From: Candidatus Lustribacter sp.
Lineage (GTDB): Bacteria; Vulcanimicrobiota; Vulcanimicrobiia; Vulcanimicrobiales; Vulcanimicrobiaceae
Direction: 5' to 3'
DNA length: 64,000 bases
Assembly (NCBI GenBank): GCA_965277805.1
Contig: OZ255842.1
Span: forward strand, 1,696,001-1,760,000
Below, in pieces: positions 58,005-64,000 of the stretch. The notes under the pieces were generated by a model. That model was not told the origin of the DNA. It saw only the letters and a program-made list of their open reading frames with translations, and searched no databases. The position numbers and the translations under genes were made by a program. Within the stretch, counting starts at the first letter, position 1. Each line of letters starts with the position of its first letter.

Positions 58005-59563
58005 TGCGCGTGGATCGTGAAGGACCACGTGCGCGTCTGCAGGTTCCCGGCTTCATCCGCAACGCGCACTTGCACGTTGACGTTGCCGTCGGGCAGCGAG
58101 ACGCCCGGACTGTACGTGATGAACTGCGCCGTGCGCGTCGACGACGGCGTCACGTCGAGGCCGTTGACCGTGATGATCGCACTCGACGGGTTGATGGTCA
58201 CCCCGGTCGGCGTGCGGAACGTCGCGTAGATCGACGGGCGATCGTTGTTGACGCTCTGCCCATTGAGCGGCGCGATGTCGACGATCTGCGGCGGGGTGCT
58301 CGAGACGGCCAGCAGTTGCGGCGCCTCGGCGCGCGGCGCTTCGTTGCCGCCGGCCGAAAGGTGAGCGTACACCGTCGTTTGGCCGAAGTTCACGTTGGGC
58401 GGGATCGTGTAGTGCGCGGTGTACACGCCGGACTGCGTTTCGTTCAGCGGCAGTCCGGTGAGGTAGGTGCCGATGTCGAACGTCGCGCGGCCACCCGGCG
58501 TGCCGTGCAAAGCGAGGTTGAAGCTATCGCCTGCGCGCAGCGCGTGCTGCGCGTCGATCGTGAACGAAGCGATCGTTACCGGTCCGGCCGGCGCTGCGGT
58601 GGCCGTCATGGCGCGCGAGACGATGATCTCGCGTTTCTCGTTGGTGTCGGGATTGAGCCGCACGACGACGCTATCGCCGATCTTGAGGTCGCCGAGCGCT
58701 GCGGGCGCGGCGTTGAGCGAGATCGTCGTCGACTTGTCGGGCGTCACAATGAAGCCGGTGTTCAGCACGAACTGGCTCGGGGAGACGGCCGCGATGGTGC
58801 CGATGCGCGAGGCGTAACGCACGATCACCGAAGCGACGTGGCCGTCACGCAGGACGTTCACGCTCACGGCATCGCCGACGTGTACGTCGGTGAGGACGCC
58901 CGGCGAGGCCGTTCGCGCGACGACGTCTTGGAGTTGAATGCTCGCGTTCGACGTGATCGCGACGGTGCGCACGTCGGGCCCGCGCTCGACCGTGAGCGAC
59001 TGCGGCGATGAATTCAAGTCGACCGCGCTGACGCTGCCGACGATCTGCGCCGTGCCGCCGGCGGCGTGCTGTTCGAGGGCCGGGTTGCGGCCCACGAGTG
59101 AGGAGACGACCTCCACGCGATTCGCGCGCGGATTGAACGTTGCGAGCGCGCCGAGCGAGGTCGCGACGAAACGCAGCGGCACGTAGGTCGCATTGTCGAT
59201 CGTTATCGCGGGCGCTTCCATGCGCACCGGGGTGCCGTCGATCGTGGCGTCGGCGCTGCCGATCGTGAGCACGATGCGCTTGCCGGGTGCGCTCGCCGTG
59301 ATCGCGTTGCCGTTGCGCGTGACGCCGATGCCGAGCGCGCTGTAGATGCGCACGACCGGAACGACCAGCCGCCCGCCGCCCTTTCCGACGATGCGCGCCG
59401 AAGAATCGCGTGGCAATTCCTGACCGTTGACCGCAATCGCGATCGGTGCATGCCGCTGCACGTGCGGCTTGGGCTTCGCCGCAGCCGACGCAAACGCCGG
59501 AGGGGCGAGCGCCAACACGCATGCCGCCAGTGCGGCTCCGATTCTACGCTCCACTCGACCCAT
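58001..59563 (-). CDS. Secreted copper-amine-oxidase N-terminal (stalk) domain protein with OB-like and Ig-like domains
   Basis: Signal peptide; IVLTIGS..ATIDG..APAITIDNATYVPLRFVATSLGA; repeated L.D..GD.V.V; C-terminal V.D.AGN..TWSF. Confidence 0.85.
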   Translation of the reverse strand: MGRVERRIGAALAACVLALAPPAFASAAAKPKPHVQRHAPIAIAVNGQELPRDSSARIVGKGGGRLVVPVVRIYSALGIGVTRNGNAITASAPGKRIVLTIGSADATIDGTPVRMEAPAITIDNATYVPLRFVATSLGALATFNPRANRVEVVSSLVGRNPALEQHAAGGTAQIVGSVSAVDLNSSPQSLTVERGPDVRTVAITSNASIQLQDVVARTASPGVLTDVHVGDAVSVNVLRDGHVASVIVRYASRIGTIAAVSPSQFVLNTGFIVTPDKSTTISLNAAPAALGDLKIGDSVVVRLNPDTNEKREIIVSRAMTATAAPAGPVTIASFTIDAQHALRAGDSFNLALHGTPGGRATFDIGTYLTGLPLNETQSGVYTAHYTIPPNVNFGQTTVYAHLSAGGNEAPRAEAPQLLAVSSTPPQIVDIAPLNGQSVNNDRPSIYATFRTPTGVTINPSSAIITVNGLDVTPSSTRTAQFITYSPGVSLPDGNVNVQVRVADEAGNLQTRTWSFTIHAH

Positions 59564-60563
59564 CAACGACCTCGCGATACACCGCGGCCGTGGCGGCCGC
59601 AAATCGGTCCCAAGTATACGCGCGCGCAACGGTTTGCCCCTCGGCGGCGCGGCGCCGGTACGGCGCCGGATTGGCGGCGAGATCGGTGAGTGCCGCGCGC
59701 AGCGCGAGCGTATCGTGCGGCGCAAACGTCACCGCGTACGGTGCGAGGATCCCGGGCACCGACGTCGTGCTGGCGATGACCGGCGTTCCCGCGACCATCG
59801 CCTCGAGCATCGGCAACCCGAAGCCTTCCGCCAGGGCCGGATGAACGTAGGCGCTGGCCGCGCGATAGCCGGCGACGAGGTGTGCGTCGCTGAGGTCGCC
59901 CGCGTAGCGCAGTTCGCTGCCGCTGCGCCGGTAGCGCTGCTGCGCGGCGGCATCCGGAGGGCCGGTAATCACGAGGTCCAGTGCGATCGCTTCGGGCAAG
60001 CCGGCCCATGCTTCGTAGAGCGCATCGAGGTTCTTGTGCGGACGATGGTTGCCGGCATACATGATAAACGGCCGCCGCGGCGGGCGCGTTTCGGCGGCCG
60101 CAAACAGCGCCGGGTCGTAACCGAGCGGAACGATGCGGCAGCGTTCGCGCTCGACGCCTAACAGCTCGACGCACGCATCGGCCGTGCGCTCGTCGCTCAT
60201 CAAGAGCAGCGTGGCGCCGCGCAGCATGGGCTTCGCGGCCACCGCGTAAAACGCGGCGGTCGTTTTGCTGAAGAACTGCGGATATTGCAAATGAATCAGA
60301 TCGTGCACCATCGCGACGTACGGTTTGCGGCGGCGCAGCGGGGTAAAGATCGTCGGGTAGTGCGTCACGTCCGGGGCGACGCGATCGATCTCGGCCGGCA
60401 GCCGCAGCTGCTCGTCGAGCCCGAAGTTCAGCCCGCGGCCGACGGCGTGCAGCCGGATGTCGGGCGCAACGCGCGGCAAGCCTTCGACGAGTCCGCGGAC
60501 GTAAGCGCGCACGCCGGCCGACATGCGCGGCGTAATGCGCGCATCGAGCGCCACCTCGATCAT
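59544..60563 (-). CDS. Glycosyltransferase family 4
   Basis: VHDLI, GNHRPHKNL, EGFGLPMLEAM, YTWDRFA. Confidence 0.93.
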   Translation of the reverse strand: MIEVALDARITPRMSAGVRAYVRGLVEGLPRVAPDIRLHAVGRGLNFGLDEQLRLPAEIDRVAPDVTHYPTIFTPLRRRKPYVAMVHDLIHLQYPQFFSKTTAAFYAVAAKPMLRGATLLLMSDERTADACVELLGVERERCRIVPLGYDPALFAAAETRPPRRPFIMYAGNHRPHKNLDALYEAWAGLPEAIALDLVITGPPDAAAQQRYRRSGSELRYAGDLSDAHLVAGYRAASAYVHPALAEGFGLPMLEAMVAGTPVIASTTSVPGILAPYAVTFAPHDTLALRAALTDLAANPAPYRRRAAEGQTVARAYTWDRFAAATAAVYREVVDGSSGA

Positions 60564-61551
60564 CCACCGATCTCGCGATAGACGTCGGCGGTGAGGCGCG
60601 CCGTGCGTTCCCACGTCAGTTCGCGCGTCGCCGCGCGCGCCGCATCGGCCGCCGCGCGGGCGGCGTCCGGATCGTCGAGCTGGCTCGCCAGCGCATCGCG
60701 CCAAGCCGTTATATCGCTCGCTTCGACGAGCACCGCGTGCGGCGCCAGCACGCGCGGCATGGCGGCGCTCGATGCGACCACGCGCGCGCCGTTGCGCATC
60801 GCCTCGAGCAGCGGCAAGCCGAAGCCCTCGCGCAGCGCCGGATGCGCGTAGACGGCAGCGCCGGCATACCAGCGCCGCAGGTCGTCGTCCGTGCGCTCGC
60901 CGAGAAACACGACCTCGCCCGGGCCACGCACCGCTTGCAGCGCCGCGTCGGGCGGTCCGCTGAGGACGAGATCGACCGCACGTCCCTCACCCAATCCGGC
61001 CCAAGCGGCGATCAACGTCGCGAGGTTCTTGTGCGGGCGGCGATTGCCGACGTAGAGCACGTAGGGTCGCGGGTGTCCGGCCGGCGCCGCAGCCGCCGGC
61101 GGCTCGTCGTAACCCAGCGGGATCACGCGCACGCGCCGCGCGTCCGCACCGAGAAAGCGTTCGAGGTCGTCGACGGTCGCGTCGTCGTCCGTGATCACGG
61201 CGCGTGCGGCGCGCACGACCGGTGCGACGAGCGCGCGCACGTACGGCGCCACCCGGCGCTTCACGAACTGCGGATAGTGCAGGTCGATCAGGTCGTGCAC
61301 GGTCACGACGTAACGGCACGGCACGAAGCGCGGCACGAACAGCGTGGGGAAGTGCGCGATCCGCGCGTGCGAGCGCGCGATGGCGAGCGGCAAACCGACT
61401 TGCTCGGCCAGATCGAAGTTATCGCCGCTCCCGACCGCGACGAGATCCACGTCGGGCGCGACGTGCGGCAGCCATTCGCGCAGCTTGCGCGAGTAGTTGA
61501 GCACGCCGGCCGACATGTGCGAGGTCTCGCGCGCATCGAAGGCGAGGCGAA

Positions 61552-61555
<4 letters not shown>
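60560..61555 (-). CDS. Glycosyltransferase family 4 (tandem paralog)
   Basis: TVHDLI, GNRRPHKNL, EGFGLPLLEAM, TWERTA. Confidence 0.93.
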
Positions 61556-63998
<2,443 letters not shown>

Positions 63999-64000
63999 GC

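Overview
High-GC bacterial chromosome segment. The gene complement suggests a Terrabacteria soil lineage such as Eremiobacterota/Vulcanimicrobiota; this is inference only. The left two-thirds mix orphan NitT/TauT-type solute-binding proteins, secreted enzymes, signalling proteins, rapZ-yvcK, seven tRNAs, RNase P RNA and an aromatic/heterocycle catabolic cluster (Mo-hydroxylase, Rieske dioxygenase, hydrolase, RutE-like reductase, Liv-type transporter) between tRNA-Met and tRNA-Arg. The right third is one long minus-strand housekeeping run: pyrG, three glycosyltransferases, a surface protein, a peptide SBP, HIT, rpsU, yqeY, nfeD, floA, phoH, ybeY, dgkA, a CorC-like gene, cdd, recO, ruvX, mltG and DUF1292. 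Four observations stand out. (1) At least five core genes appear to initiate at near-cognate codons (ATC, ATT, CTG) placed where an RBS or stop/start overlap predicts. (2) A ~25-bp REP-like palindrome recurs five times, brackets a lower-GC GNAT gene next to tRNA-Ala as an inverted pair, and is translated as part of three proteins. (3) rnpB follows a tRNA by 7 nt and lacks the CCA-binding GGU loop. (4) The tadA reading frame is open through tRNA-Arg(CCG). No CRISPR array, integrase or transposase was seen.
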